From an uncultured virus (IMG/VR IMGVR_UViG_3300011211_000002) (lineage: Duplodnaviria; Heunggongvirae; Uroviricota; Caudoviricetes), in the IMG/VR virus record IMGVR_UViG_3300011211_000002: a stretch of 64,000 nucleotides of DNA, one strand, 5' to 3'. The notes under the pieces are model-generated. The model made no database searches. It was not told the origin of the DNA and was given only the letters and a program-made list of their open reading frames with translations. The first letter of the stretch is position 1, and every line of letters begins with the position of its first letter. Made by a program: the position numbers and the translations under genes. Below, piece by piece: positions 29,685 to 38,998 of the stretch.

Positions 29685-29828
29685 TATTTTTGTTCGATAT
29701 TTTTTAAGAACATTTAAATTTAGAATAATGTTTATATACTCTTAAAAAACATCAAATCCGTTTGATATATTTATATATTTATATGTATAAGAGAGCTGAA
29801 TGATAAATTCATTCAGTCTTTCTATTTT

Positions 29829-30818
29829 CTATATTTTCACTTCAAAGTGACCAAATTCTTCCTGCATATAATCAAAATCCATGGTTTCTCTGATTCTTTG
29901 TAGCTGAGGATATTCTTTATTATTCAAACTTATTGTACTTAAATTATATTTTTTAACTAACTCTTCTACAATGTTTAAATCAAAAACACGTTCGCCTTTT
30001 TGATTCATCCATTCATTGGCATAGTACATCATTCCACTAATTTCAATAGTTGTTGCAGTTACATTATTGTCCTCAAATGTATCCTTAATTCGCTGCATAA
30101 TGATAGTACTAATCATTGATGCTGTAATACGAACATCGTTGTCTTTTCCTAGTCTATTTTTTCTAAAAATGTATTCGCCATCAACTAACCGTACCATTTT
30201 TCCACTAGGGCTTTTTATTTCTGTAGTATTATTAGTTTTAATTAAAAGATCATGGAGCTCTTTGGAAACTTCAATTTGCCTGCTATCTAAGTTTATTTCA
30301 TCTGAAAGTACATTCAAAAAGTATTTATCATCTTTTGTAGTTATATCATCAATTCTTAAGTTTCTTATTTCAGAAAATGAAGATCCTACAATACCTTCAA
30401 ACAATAAAAGCACAATAGCCTTATCTCTGTTGTTATCCAGTAATTCAATTTTTTGAAGTAGTTCTTCTCTATTATAATAATGCTTTCCTGCATTCCATAC
30501 ATAAGTAGAAACGTAATCATCATTGATTACATCTACAATGGGATGCGTTGGCGATGCACTATGTCCGTTATCAATAGCCCAAGTAATATAGTTTTTAATA
30601 GTATTAATAAATATAATTGCAGATCTTTTGGTTTGTCTTTTTGCTTGTCTAAATAATAGATCTAACATGGAATTATCCATATCATATAAATCAGTTTCAT
30701 GTTTTCGTTCAAACGGTTCCGTTTTATTAAATATAGAGTAGTATGTTTTCAAAGATGAATCAGATAAATTTAATGTTTCAAGAAATGATTTCTTGTATTC
30801 TTCGTTATACATAATCAC
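29829..30818 (-). CDS. yopR: Integrase-fold, probably catalytically dead repressor (YopR/MrpR-like)
   Basis: MYNEEYK..FL start, RDKAIVLLLFEGI..SEIRNLR lacking the catalytic Arg, ISGM instead of HxxR; third gene of the trio. Confidence 0.75.
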   Translation of the reverse strand: MIMYNEEYKKSFLETLNLSDSSLKTYYSIFNKTEPFERKHETDLYDMDNSMLDLLFRQAKRQTKRSAIIFINTIKNYITWAIDNGHSASPTHPIVDVINDDYVSTYVWNAGKHYYNREELLQKIELLDNNRDKAIVLLLFEGIVGSSFSEIRNLRIDDITTKDDKYFLNVLSDEINLDSRQIEVSKELHDLLIKTNNTTEIKSPSGKMVRLVDGEYIFRKNRLGKDNDVRITASMISTIIMQRIKDTFEDNNVTATTIEISGMMYYANEWMNQKGERVFDLNIVEELVKKYNLSTISLNNKEYPQLQRIRETMDFDYMQEEFGHFEVKI

Positions 30819-32155
30819 TTCACGCCTTTCTTATACATATCTGTAAATATTTTAATCAACGCTTTGCGGTCTTTTGCATTTAATTTCATATTCCCGTTAA
30901 TAATTTTACTCAATTTAGATTCTGATCTATGGAATTCATTTATATCTATAATATCTTCTATCTTTTCGTAAGATACATCTTCATCATTCATCAATTTTAT
31001 TAAATGTAGGTGTCCTTCGAATACATCTGCATCGAACAGTAAATTGTAATCACTGACAATATAATTTTTATAAATTCCAAATAAGTAAACCAAATATTCA
31101 TTAATAGATTTTGCAAGTTTTCTTGCGTCTAAAATACTCTCTAGCTTAAATACACTATTTATTTGCGTATTAATTATCTTATAAGTCGTAAAGTCACTAC
31201 CTCTTATAGATGACTTAGCATCACTTGCAGATGTTATTCTATTCTTTAATTGTCCTTCTACTTTTAAAATATTCACAACTTCATTTGAATATGATTTGTT
31301 ATCTAACTCTTCTACTCGACTTCTTGATAGTGGAGTATGTTTATCCAGATCAACTTGATATCTCTTAACTTCTGCATCTGATTTATTAGAAATTGTTATT
31401 GGGAAAGAACCTTTGATATTAGAGTCTTTATTATAAGCACTGTAATTACCTAATAGTCTATGCATACCATCTACAATATCTAAAACAGTACCTTCATTTA
31501 TTTTTAAAGTATGATTTTTTTCATCGAATACAAGCTCTACACCCTCTAGAGCAGTCATTTGATGTGCGTTAAGAGTAATTGTTGTTGGTCTTAAGACACC
31601 TTTTAAAATTTCATTTCTAATCTGTGTAATTTTACTTTGATAAATAATAGGTTTTTCTATTTCAACACCGAAACGAACTACCTTCTTCATACCACGTTGA
31701 ACATTGGCGTTATAGTCTAATTTTCCTGATTTATATAATCTAGCTAATTCTTTTCGTGTCAGAGTTGCATTATAATAACCGTCACCTAAGTCAGTGACAT
31801 TGTGAATCGTCATTGGGAAATCGATAATATCTGTTGATGAAGAACCTACAAATTGAAAACCACCAATTTCTTTTTGTTCACGATCAGTAAACCATTCATT
31901 CATCCATTCATTTTGGTTCATTCCTAATTTAATTACTAATTGCTGCCCAAAAAGTGCAACCTCTTCAAAATCTAATTTACTTACATTATTAACATTATTA
32001 AATAAGGAATAAATCTTAGCACTTTCAATACCATGCTTCATATTTAGGTGTTCAACAATTAAATCTACTTCATCTTTGTCTACATTAGATGAGAATGCAC
32101 TAATTAAACTTTTAACTTCAATCTCTAATTGTTCATTATCTTTACCTAATTTCAT
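30815..32155 (-). CDS. yopQ: DndB/ParB-like (DGQHR-type) protein, YopQ-like
   Basis: YNANVQRG, ITLN, DIVDGMHRL; lies between two integrase-fold genes. Confidence 0.7.
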   Translation of the reverse strand: MKLGKDNEQLEIEVKSLISAFSSNVDKDEVDLIVEHLNMKHGIESAKIYSLFNNVNNVSKLDFEEVALFGQQLVIKLGMNQNEWMNEWFTDREQKEIGGFQFVGSSSTDIIDFPMTIHNVTDLGDGYYNATLTRKELARLYKSGKLDYNANVQRGMKKVVRFGVEIEKPIIYQSKITQIRNEILKGVLRPTTITLNAHQMTALEGVELVFDEKNHTLKINEGTVLDIVDGMHRLLGNYSAYNKDSNIKGSFPITISNKSDAEVKRYQVDLDKHTPLSRSRVEELDNKSYSNEVVNILKVEGQLKNRITSASDAKSSIRGSDFTTYKIINTQINSVFKLESILDARKLAKSINEYLVYLFGIYKNYIVSDYNLLFDADVFEGHLHLIKLMNDEDVSYEKIEDIIDINEFHRSESKLSKIINGNMKLNAKDRKALIKIFTDMYKKGVK

Positions 32156-32225
32156 TAATTTCCCTCCCTTAATTACAAATGATATTTTATCATCTAGTAA
32201 TTATTTTTTCATTAAATATTACATA

Positions 32226-33272
32226 TTATTTTTTCTTATTTTTTATTTTATTATTTAAAAGTAAAAGCATTTCAGGTCGCATTTCACTTAATGCTTCTAA
32301 AAGTACATCATGTGATACTGTTTTATAAATATCATCTTCAGTATTTAATTTAGATGATATTATACCAGTAACATTTAAATTTGTTAATCTAAGATACCTC
32401 ATAGTTGTATTAACATTACTGTGACGGGCTTTCTTCATTGCAGTATCAATACAGTTGTTATTATTTAAGTAACACATTGTCACAGCTAATTTTTTAAATG
32501 AATGGAATGAATATTTAACTCCTGTGTCATTTAAAAGTTCATTTCCACTCTTCATCATACCAGTTAATTGTTTATATGTGAGAGTAAACAACTTATGATT
32601 ATTTCCTAAATCCCTTAATTGTAAAAGTTCTTCATATAATTCTTTATTTATTTTATCAATCCACTCTTTATTCCCTTTACCTTTATTATTTCCATGAGAT
32701 TTCATGATCACACCATCTTCAACAACTGTAAAGTTGCTCCACTTCAATTCTAATAATTCGGTTGCTCTAAGAGCAGTTTCAACAGCTAACTTAATTATTA
32801 ATTGTTTTTCTAACCCCTGTTCCTCACTTCTAAAGTAAACAGAATACTTCATTGCTAATTCAAAGGGTATCATTTCAATCTCTTCTCTTGTGTCTGGAAA
32901 GAATTTAAGTAGTGATAGCTTATTTACATCATATGAAATTACATCCCAAGCAGCTAAATACTCAATGAACTTCTTTATAACTGAAATGTGTTTATTAATT
33001 GTTGAATTTTTGTGTTTTGGTTCATCATCCAAATTTACTTCTTCATGTAATGTATTGAAGTATTCTTTTAATACATGTACAGACATACCTTCAATATCAG
33101 AAACAGTTATGAATTTAAAGTCACTTTTATTTAATATATCTTTAATTAATTTGTTCAAGCTGCCTTTGTAACTCTTATAACTGTGTATTGAATTTGATTT
33201 GTATTCATTTAAGAAGGCTTCAATATGATCACCGATATAATTTTCCATCTTAACTGTGTTTAAAGCTACCAC
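32226..33272 (-). CDS. yopP: Tyrosine recombinase family protein, YopP-like
   Basis: TALRATELL (Arg), KGKGNK (Lys), FHSFKK (HxxK), ARHSNVNTTMRY (His, Tyr); SAM-like N-terminus. Confidence 0.85.
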   Translation of the reverse strand: MVALNTVKMENYIGDHIEAFLNEYKSNSIHSYKSYKGSLNKLIKDILNKSDFKFITVSDIEGMSVHVLKEYFNTLHEEVNLDDEPKHKNSTINKHISVIKKFIEYLAAWDVISYDVNKLSLLKFFPDTREEIEMIPFELAMKYSVYFRSEEQGLEKQLIIKLAVETALRATELLELKWSNFTVVEDGVIMKSHGNNKGKGNKEWIDKINKELYEELLQLRDLGNNHKLFTLTYKQLTGMMKSGNELLNDTGVKYSFHSFKKLAVTMCYLNNNNCIDTAMKKARHSNVNTTMRYLRLTNLNVTGIISSKLNTEDDIYKTVSHDVLLEALSEMRPEMLLLLNNKIKNKKK

Positions 33273-33304
33273 TACAACATCCCCCTTATACTCTTGTTAT
33301 TAAC

Positions 33305-33348
33305 AGTATAAGCCATATTTAACTCAAAGTAAAGTAAATTATGTATTT
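33305..33348 (-). promoter_or_regulatory. Sigma-A promoter of the recombinase/repressor operon, with AAATACATAA
   Basis: TTTACT-17-TATACT; motif at 33339-33348. Confidence 0.65.
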
Positions 33349-33378
33349 ATTTTATTAATATATTCCTTTTATCAAAGG

Positions 33379-33633
33379 TTATTTATAGCTATAATATCCA
33401 TCTTCTTTACCAAACTCTTCGTCTCCACAATAGATACATTGAACATGGTTGTGATTCCAAGTTCTATAACAACCAACACAAATGTCATTATTATTTTCTT
33501 CGATAAATCCATCATCGATCAACTTATCAAATTCTTCTGAAGTAATTCCAAAGTTTTTAATTACTGTATTTTTAGTAAATCGTTTTAATACTGGATTCCT
33601 CGATAAGAACATTTCTCGTCTTTTATTCGACAT
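33379..33633 (-). CDS. Small zinc-ribbon protein
   Basis: CVGC...CIYC. Confidence 0.65.
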   Translation of the reverse strand: MSNKRREMFLSRNPVLKRFTKNTVIKNFGITSEEFDKLIDDGFIEENNNDICVGCYRTWNHNHVQCIYCGDEEFGKEDGYYSYK

Positions 33634-33654
33634 AATCTAGCTCCTTTTATGTAT

Positions 33655-33966
33655 TTAATAATATTTTTTATTTAGTGAATTAATTAATGCTTCTCCAATG
33701 GTTTCCATGATTTTATCATGAGAAGGTATTTCTTTTTTCTCCACTGACTTTGCATTATCACAATCATCATCAATTAATTCATATGTAACTTTATATTTGG
33801 CTATTTTATATTTTCCTTTATCTTCATAAACTCCATGAACATTTGAGCTTCTAGCACTTTCTACTGATCCAAAATCATATTTATCATAATTACCTCTCCA
33901 ATAAACTCCTTGTGGTTCATTAGATTCTTTATCAAGAATACGATATACTTCTAAAGGTTCTTTCAA
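33655..33966 (-). CDS. Hypothetical protein
   Basis: ORF track. Confidence 0.65.
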   Translation of the reverse strand: MKEPLEVYRILDKESNEPQGVYWRGNYDKYDFGSVESARSSNVHGVYEDKGKYKIAKYKVTYELIDDDCDNAKSVEKKEIPSHDKIMETIGEALINSLNKKYY

Positions 33967-33999
33967 AATTTCCGCTCTCCTTCCTTGATTTTATAATAC

Positions 34000-34203
34000 T
34001 TACCTTTTATTTAAAGCCTGACGTGCTACGATATAACAATTATCTAGATACTTAGATATTCCATCATGCTTTGATAGTTCAAAGATCTCTTTTAATGCTT
34101 CACGTAGACGTTTATTTTCTTGTTGTAGTATTTCAATTTCATCTATAAAGTCTCCTGCTACTTGTTCGGCAGCAGAATGTTGCATATAGCTTAATTCATC
34201 CAT
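34000..34203 (-). CDS. Hypothetical protein
   Basis: ORF track; 3' end reads into element at 33993. Confidence 0.6.
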   Translation of the reverse strand: MDELSYMQHSAAEQVAGDFIDEIEILQQENKRLREALKEIFELSKHDGISKYLDNCYIVARQALNKR

Positions 34204-34216
34204 GATTATCTACCCC

Positions 34217-34411
34217 TTAGTTTAAAATTTCTTCGTTTCCAAAAGTGTTATTAAAGCTTTTATTAAGTGCAATATTCGCCTGTTCGATACCTATAAATAT
34301 CTTCTTCATTGCTTCACAATATTCCTTATACTCTTGTGGTAAGTCTTTCTTTGAACACTCATCAAAAGTATTAATTACACTCATAAAAGAACCTATATAT
34401 TCAGTAGTCAT
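34217..34411 (-). CDS. Hypothetical protein
   Basis: ORF track, GGAG RBS. Confidence 0.6.
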   Translation of the reverse strand: MTTEYIGSFMSVINTFDECSKKDLPQEYKEYCEAMKKIFIGIEQANIALNKSFNNTFGNEEILN

Positions 34412-34451
34412 ATTTTCTACTCCTAATTATGCATTTAATAATATTTAGTTT

Positions 34452-34655
34452 TTATTTAATGTGACTAGGTTTACTATTTAATAATTCATACATTGTAGGT
34501 GGTACAATCCCATCTTTTTCATCCTTGAAAAATATTTGACCGTCTTTTACTTCAAATTCACTAAGAATTTTATTTCCTCGACCACCATTCAGAGAGTATT
34601 CGCCTTCTTCTAAATACTGTAGTCCCAAAAATAATCCTTTACCCATTAGTATCAT
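34452..34655 (-). CDS. Hypothetical protein
   Basis: ORF track. Confidence 0.6.
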   Translation of the reverse strand: MILMGKGLFLGLQYLEEGEYSLNGGRGNKILSEFEVKDGQIFFKDEKDGIVPPTMYELLNSKPSHIK

Positions 34656-34661
34656 ATCCTC

Positions 34662-34904
34662 CTATGTACTCTCACAATAATTATGTGCTTCACTTTCAAA
34701 CTCAAAATTCAGTTCTTTATCGCACATTGGACAACGTATTCTATATTGTTTTATTAAATCAATATCAAAACCATTATAGTACTCTTTATAAAACCTACCT
34801 AAATAAGTCCATTCATGTATACATTCAGCTTGTCTTAATTCCTTCTCACGTTGAATTTCTCTTAATTCTCGTCTGTGTGAAAATTTATCTATCCATTCGA
34901 ACAC
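34662..34904 (-). CDS. Small zinc-ribbon-like protein
   Basis: CIHEW...CPMC. Confidence 0.6.
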   Translation of the reverse strand: MFEWIDKFSHRRELREIQREKELRQAECIHEWTYLGRFYKEYYNGFDIDLIKQYRIRCPMCDKELNFEFESEAHNYCEST

Positions 34905-35068
34905 CGAACCATCTCCAATTGTTTCAATTGATCCTTTAAACCAATATAATCATTTATTGCAAACAGTAAATTATCCAAATATCTTTTCGAGTATCGATTC
35001 GACAGCTCACCATTTATACGCACACTTAGCCTATACATAACCGTATACCTCTTTTCATTAATATATTT

Positions 35069-35302
35069 CTATTGTTTAGTTTCCATCAGTGCAACTCTAG
35101 CTAATGAACCTCCGTCTTTATCGACTAATGAACCATTGTATTGTTCACGTTCATCGTAAATAGGTGATTCGTAATTATCTTCATTCCCATAAAACTTAAG
35201 AACATCTTTAATACCAGACAATTCTAGAATATCCTCTCTACTGATTTTATACACTTTCTCATCAGTCATATATGCTTCCATTAATTTATTTAAGATGTCC
35301 AT
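35069..35302 (-). CDS. Hypothetical protein
   Basis: ORF track. Confidence 0.6.
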   Translation of the reverse strand: MDILNKLMEAYMTDEKVYKISREDILELSGIKDVLKFYGNEDNYESPIYDEREQYNGSLVDKDGGSLARVALMETKQ

Positions 35303-35503
35303 TCAAATCCCCTTTCATAATATATCTCTTTTATTCAACTTTCTTTGATATAGTCAATCAATTTTGCTGTATAAATATAACCCTTAAAGATCACTCGTTG
35401 AATGTCTGCAACTTTATAATCTGGTTTTCTTTCCATAATCAATTTAGCCTTTTCAACTTCTTCATCAGTAAATGTATGTTTCAAATTAATTCTCCTTCCT
35501 GTG

Positions 35504-35845
35504 CTATAATTTTTCTTCAGTTAAATTATCTATCACTTCATATGTATTTTTTAACATACATAACCTGCTCACATAGTACATTCCATTTCGCCAATCTACA
35601 TAATATTCTCCATTAGCATATTGGATAACCCCTGTACCTAACTTATGTTTGATGATATCGTTTAAAAACACTTCTTTTCCATTCTTATCTTTTTCACCAA
35701 TTGAAGATTGTGGTTTTCCAACCATAACTACTCCATCTCCGTCTTCATCTCCTATATACCACCAAATCGAAGAATCCGTTTCATCTTGAATAAATGCTGT
35801 TCCATAAATCCAATCTCCACCATCATATGCTCTATGTAATTGCAA
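35504..35845 (-). CDS. YopX-like protein
   Basis: WIYG, IGEKDKNGKEVFLNDII, YEVIDN. Confidence 0.7.
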   Translation of the reverse strand: MQLHRAYDGGDWIYGTAFIQDETDSSIWWYIGDEDGDGVVMVGKPQSSIGEKDKNGKEVFLNDIIKHKLGTGVIQYANGEYYVDWRNGMYYVSRLCMLKNTYEVIDNLTEEKL

Positions 35846-35850
35846 TTAGT

Positions 35851-36285
35851 TCACTCCTTTACAACAACTAAAATTTCAATATCAGTATCTATAAATGTAT
35901 CTTGAATAAATTTATTACTTTCCTTCCAACTCAAACGATCAAGTCCACTGCCAATCAACGGCATGGCTAGCTTTTTAATTTCATAGTACTCCACTGTTTC
36001 TTTAAGTTTTAAGATGGTTAAATTGAAATCTTCTCTAGTAGGTTTATGAAAATATCGTTCTTTTGTGATAAGATTGATCACTCCATGTTGACCTTCCCAA
36101 TTATAGTAAAGTGCATCTCCAATCTTGGGATTCATTTCTTGTAATGACTTTCTCATGTAAGGATTATGTTTTACGAATAAAGTAGCAATTCCTGCTCCCA
36201 TTTTACAATCTGCACTAATGCAATGCGTTAACGTATATTCGTCTGAAACTTTAAACAAATCACCTTTAATTTCTTGATAATCCAT
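35851..36285 (-). CDS. Macrodomain ADP-ribose hydrolase (TARG1/Poa1p-like)
   Basis: IKGDLF, HCISADCKMGAGIA, INLITK..YFHKPT, AMPLIGSGLDRLSW. Confidence 0.88.
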   Translation of the reverse strand: MDYQEIKGDLFKVSDEYTLTHCISADCKMGAGIATLFVKHNPYMRKSLQEMNPKIGDALYYNWEGQHGVINLITKERYFHKPTREDFNLTILKLKETVEYYEIKKLAMPLIGSGLDRLSWKESNKFIQDTFIDTDIEILVVVKE

Positions 36286-36335
36286 TAGTTAGCTCCTCCT
36301 CATTTCTCAATAATACATCTGTTTTATGTAATTAT

Positions 36336-36563
36336 TTATTCTTTGATTACCTCGATACCTGATTTTAAATACATTCTACAACGAGTTTGTATAACTTCTT
36401 GAATAGTAACCCATTCCCCACCAACTTCTACCAGTGCATTTTTTGCAATGTAATCTTCAAGCCTTTCAGTATCAGACACAACTCCATTTGACACTTGTGT
36501 TATTACATGTGAACCACTTGAACTTTCAATAACGTCTCCGATTTTCGCTTTCAATTCCATCAC
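36336..36563 (-). CDS. Hypothetical protein
   Basis: ORF track. Confidence 0.6.
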   Translation of the reverse strand: MMELKAKIGDVIESSSGSHVITQVSNGVVSDTERLEDYIAKNALVEVGGEWVTIQEVIQTRCRMYLKSGIEVIKE

Positions 36564-36588
36564 CTTTTCTTTGTTATATGTATTAATA

Positions 36589-36828
36589 TTAGAAACCTCT
36601 CAGCTCATTGAATTTCTTCAATACTAGATTTTTCTCATTTTCAGGTAAGAAAGCACATATTGTTTTTAATTCACTATACATCGCTCTCATTTTAATTCGC
36701 TCTAAGCATTCTTCATCTGATTCCGCACTTCGTTTTATCTCATATAAATTACTATGTAAATGCCACATTCTTTCAGCTAAGTGTGTTTTGAATTCATTCA
36801 ACTTAACCCCTTCCTTTCTACTTAACAT
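36589..36828 (-). CDS. Hypothetical protein
   Basis: ORF track. Confidence 0.55.
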   Translation of the reverse strand: MLSRKEGVKLNEFKTHLAERMWHLHSNLYEIKRSAESDEECLERIKMRAMYSELKTICAFLPENEKNLVLKKFNELRGF

Positions 36829-37063
36829 TCTTTTTAGTATGTCTTTGTAAATTAAACTTTAGCAATCCATCTTTTTGATCTTTATATCTTTTGAATCTCA
36901 ATTGACCATTAACAGTTTCATTCCACATTGATATAGGTCTAGCCCATACATTACCTTTAATGTCATGATAAATTACTAACTCATCTTCTGTTTCAGTATG
37001 TTTAGCAAAGCCTGTTACACTGTATACTGCTCCCTTGTAGTGCTTATAATATCCTGTATTCAT
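36818..37063 (-). CDS. DUF1653 family protein
   Basis: GYYKHYKG..Y, AKHTET.DELVIY, WARPISMW, RF. Confidence 0.85.
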   Translation of the reverse strand: MNTGYYKHYKGAVYSVTGFAKHTETEDELVIYHDIKGNVWARPISMWNETVNGQLRFKRYKDQKDGLLKFNLQRHTKKNVK

Positions 37064-37143
37064 CTTCTGTTATCCCCTTCTTTTTATAATAGACGGCTTT
37101 TATTTAACTTTTTTTTCTTATTTTCATTTAGATAAACCCCTTA

Positions 37144-37908
37144 TCATTGTACTTGGTTATTTAGAAACTCCTCTAATCCAACAAAATCCCTATTATCTAA
37201 ATATTTATTAATTATATCTTCTTTATAATTATCTTTATTAAATTGAATTATTTCAGATATTAATTCTATAGTTTCTTGTTTGAACTTGTTGGGGATACTG
37301 TATTCACACTTTCTTGACTCCTGAACATCTACAGTAAAGTCATCTTGACCTACTACTTCTGGAGCATTCAACCTACTTATTATGTATTTCGTGGGCTTAA
37401 AATCAATTTCATATTCATCTATGTATCCTAAAAAATTTGCACGTTGTTGTTTATTTTGACTATCTACCCATACAACATCATTAATTTTAAGATCTTCTAT
37501 GTATGTTCTGAAGTAATAAGTTTTTTCATTTGTTGGTAAATCACTCAATCCTTTAAAGTTAACTTTGGCTATCTTGTAAGTAGGTTCTTTCCAATCCTTT
37601 ATATTTGAATTCTTCTTTATTTCATTATGTATGATGGGATTTATAAAATTATATACGTCAGTAATGAGTGAAAATTGATAAAGAGGTAATCTGATAAAAC
37701 GATTTCCTTTCTGGAAAACAAATACTTCTGATATATTTTCTATTTGCTGCGTTTTTAAATCGATAATCATCTCCTTACCTTCAATTGGAATGAAATGATA
37801 GATTTCCCCTTCATTTAAAATTGACAAATACTGAAATGCAAATACAAGCCTTAATTTATTTCCAGTTACCTTTGTATAAAATGGTTTCAAATATTGAACT
37901 TGTATCAT
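37144..37908 (-). CDS. IDEAL-domain-like protein
   Basis: KPFYTKV..LRLVFAFQYLSI N-terminus; C-terminal INKYLDNRDF. Confidence 0.55.
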   Translation of the reverse strand: MIQVQYLKPFYTKVTGNKLRLVFAFQYLSILNEGEIYHFIPIEGKEMIIDLKTQQIENISEVFVFQKGNRFIRLPLYQFSLITDVYNFINPIIHNEIKKNSNIKDWKEPTYKIAKVNFKGLSDLPTNEKTYYFRTYIEDLKINDVVWVDSQNKQQRANFLGYIDEYEIDFKPTKYIISRLNAPEVVGQDDFTVDVQESRKCEYSIPNKFKQETIELISEIIQFNKDNYKEDIINKYLDNRDFVGLEEFLNNQVQ

Positions 37909-37947
37909 ACCTATTCCTCCCTTTGTTTTATAAAATGCGACTATTAT

Positions 37948-38367
37948 TTAATTACTGAATGCTTTTAAGTCATAGCCATTAACTGACCAAACATCTACTG
38001 ACTGACAATTCCCGAATTTATAATTTCCTGTTAATTGAATAAGCGTACTTCCATCCTTAAAAACTTTGATTTGTTGAATATGGACATTTTTATTGTTGTA
38101 AAAATCCAAACCATCCCTATTATGAATTTGCATAAATTGCATTGTTTCTTTATCATAAATTTTAATTGTAATAAATAAAGCATCGTTGTAACCATTCAAC
38201 TCACCATCTTCAGTTCTAGTGTCATGAGTACCATATAGATGTACTAATGGATTTGTGATAATTAAATTTGAATCATATTTGATCTCTTCATATTGATTGA
38301 AAACCTCATTTAAATACTTTACGCTTTCCTCGTGTAGTTCGATATTGTGTAAAACGTTCATATTCAT
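37948..38367 (-). CDS. Hypothetical protein
   Basis: ORF track; elements at 37930 and 38393. Confidence 0.7.
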   Translation of the reverse strand: MNMNVLHNIELHEESVKYLNEVFNQYEEIKYDSNLIITNPLVHLYGTHDTRTEDGELNGYNDALFITIKIYDKETMQFMQIHNRDGLDFYNNKNVHIQQIKVFKDGSTLIQLTGNYKFGNCQSVDVWSVNGYDLKAFSN

Positions 38368-38406
38368 CCTCCTCTTTTATGCATTTTCTTTTATAAAATG
38401 AAAATA

Positions 38407-38673
38407 TTATTTAACTGGTCTTGCATCAAGACTTTCATTTCTTATTGCTTCGTAATATTTCATCACATATGGTTCTATAACATGAGCACCTTTTTTATGT
38501 AAATTTGAATATACATAGTCATATACTTCATACAGCTTATCATCTATTTTAATAATACTACCTACTATTAATGTTTTTCTGCCAGAACCAAACTCTGGAA
38601 TATTCAATTCATAGGCTTGTAATACTGTGTTGTCATCTATTATTTCTCCTTTTTTAATTAAATTAAATAACAT
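38407..38673 (-). CDS. Hypothetical protein
   Basis: ORF track. Confidence 0.65.
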   Translation of the reverse strand: MLFNLIKKGEIIDDNTVLQAYELNIPEFGSGRKTLIVGSIIKIDDKLYEVYDYVYSNLHKKGAHVIEPYVMKYYEAIRNESLDARPVK

Positions 38674-38706
38674 TTAACTTCCCCCCCCCTTTCTTAAAAG
38701 TAATTT

Positions 38707-38964
38707 TTAGTTAATTATTTTACCCATAAAATATTCACCATTATCTAACTGATACAAATTATCTGACCTATTTAAAACTATATTTTTTCCATTGATTCTT
38801 ACCACAAACTCATAGTTGCTTTTTGGATATACATTTGAATCCTTATTGTAAAAACCAATCACTTCTCCGTTTAATTTGTAGAAAATGTACCCTGCCACAA
38901 TATTATTGTCTTTATGAGTTTCAAACGTATCTTCACTTGAGTTAATCAGTAACTTCACTATCAT
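38707..38964 (-). CDS. Hypothetical protein
   Basis: ORF track, GGAGG RBS. Confidence 0.65.
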   Translation of the reverse strand: MIVKLLINSSEDTFETHKDNNIVAGYIFYKLNGEVIGFYNKDSNVYPKSNYEFVVRINGKNIVLNRSDNLYQLDNGEYFMGKIIN

Positions 38965-38998
38965 ACCTCCTGTTGAATTATTTTATAAAAGCGTTCTA

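Noticed and set aside
34940..35060. tRNA/tmRNA-like fragment (GATTCGACAG...CACCA)
   Set aside because: No cloverleaf can be built; the opposite strand reads as a short ORF with an RBS
38681..38689. C9 homopolymer as a phase-variation switch
   Set aside because: It is the G-rich RBS of the 38407-38673 gene; a single sequence gives no evidence of length variation
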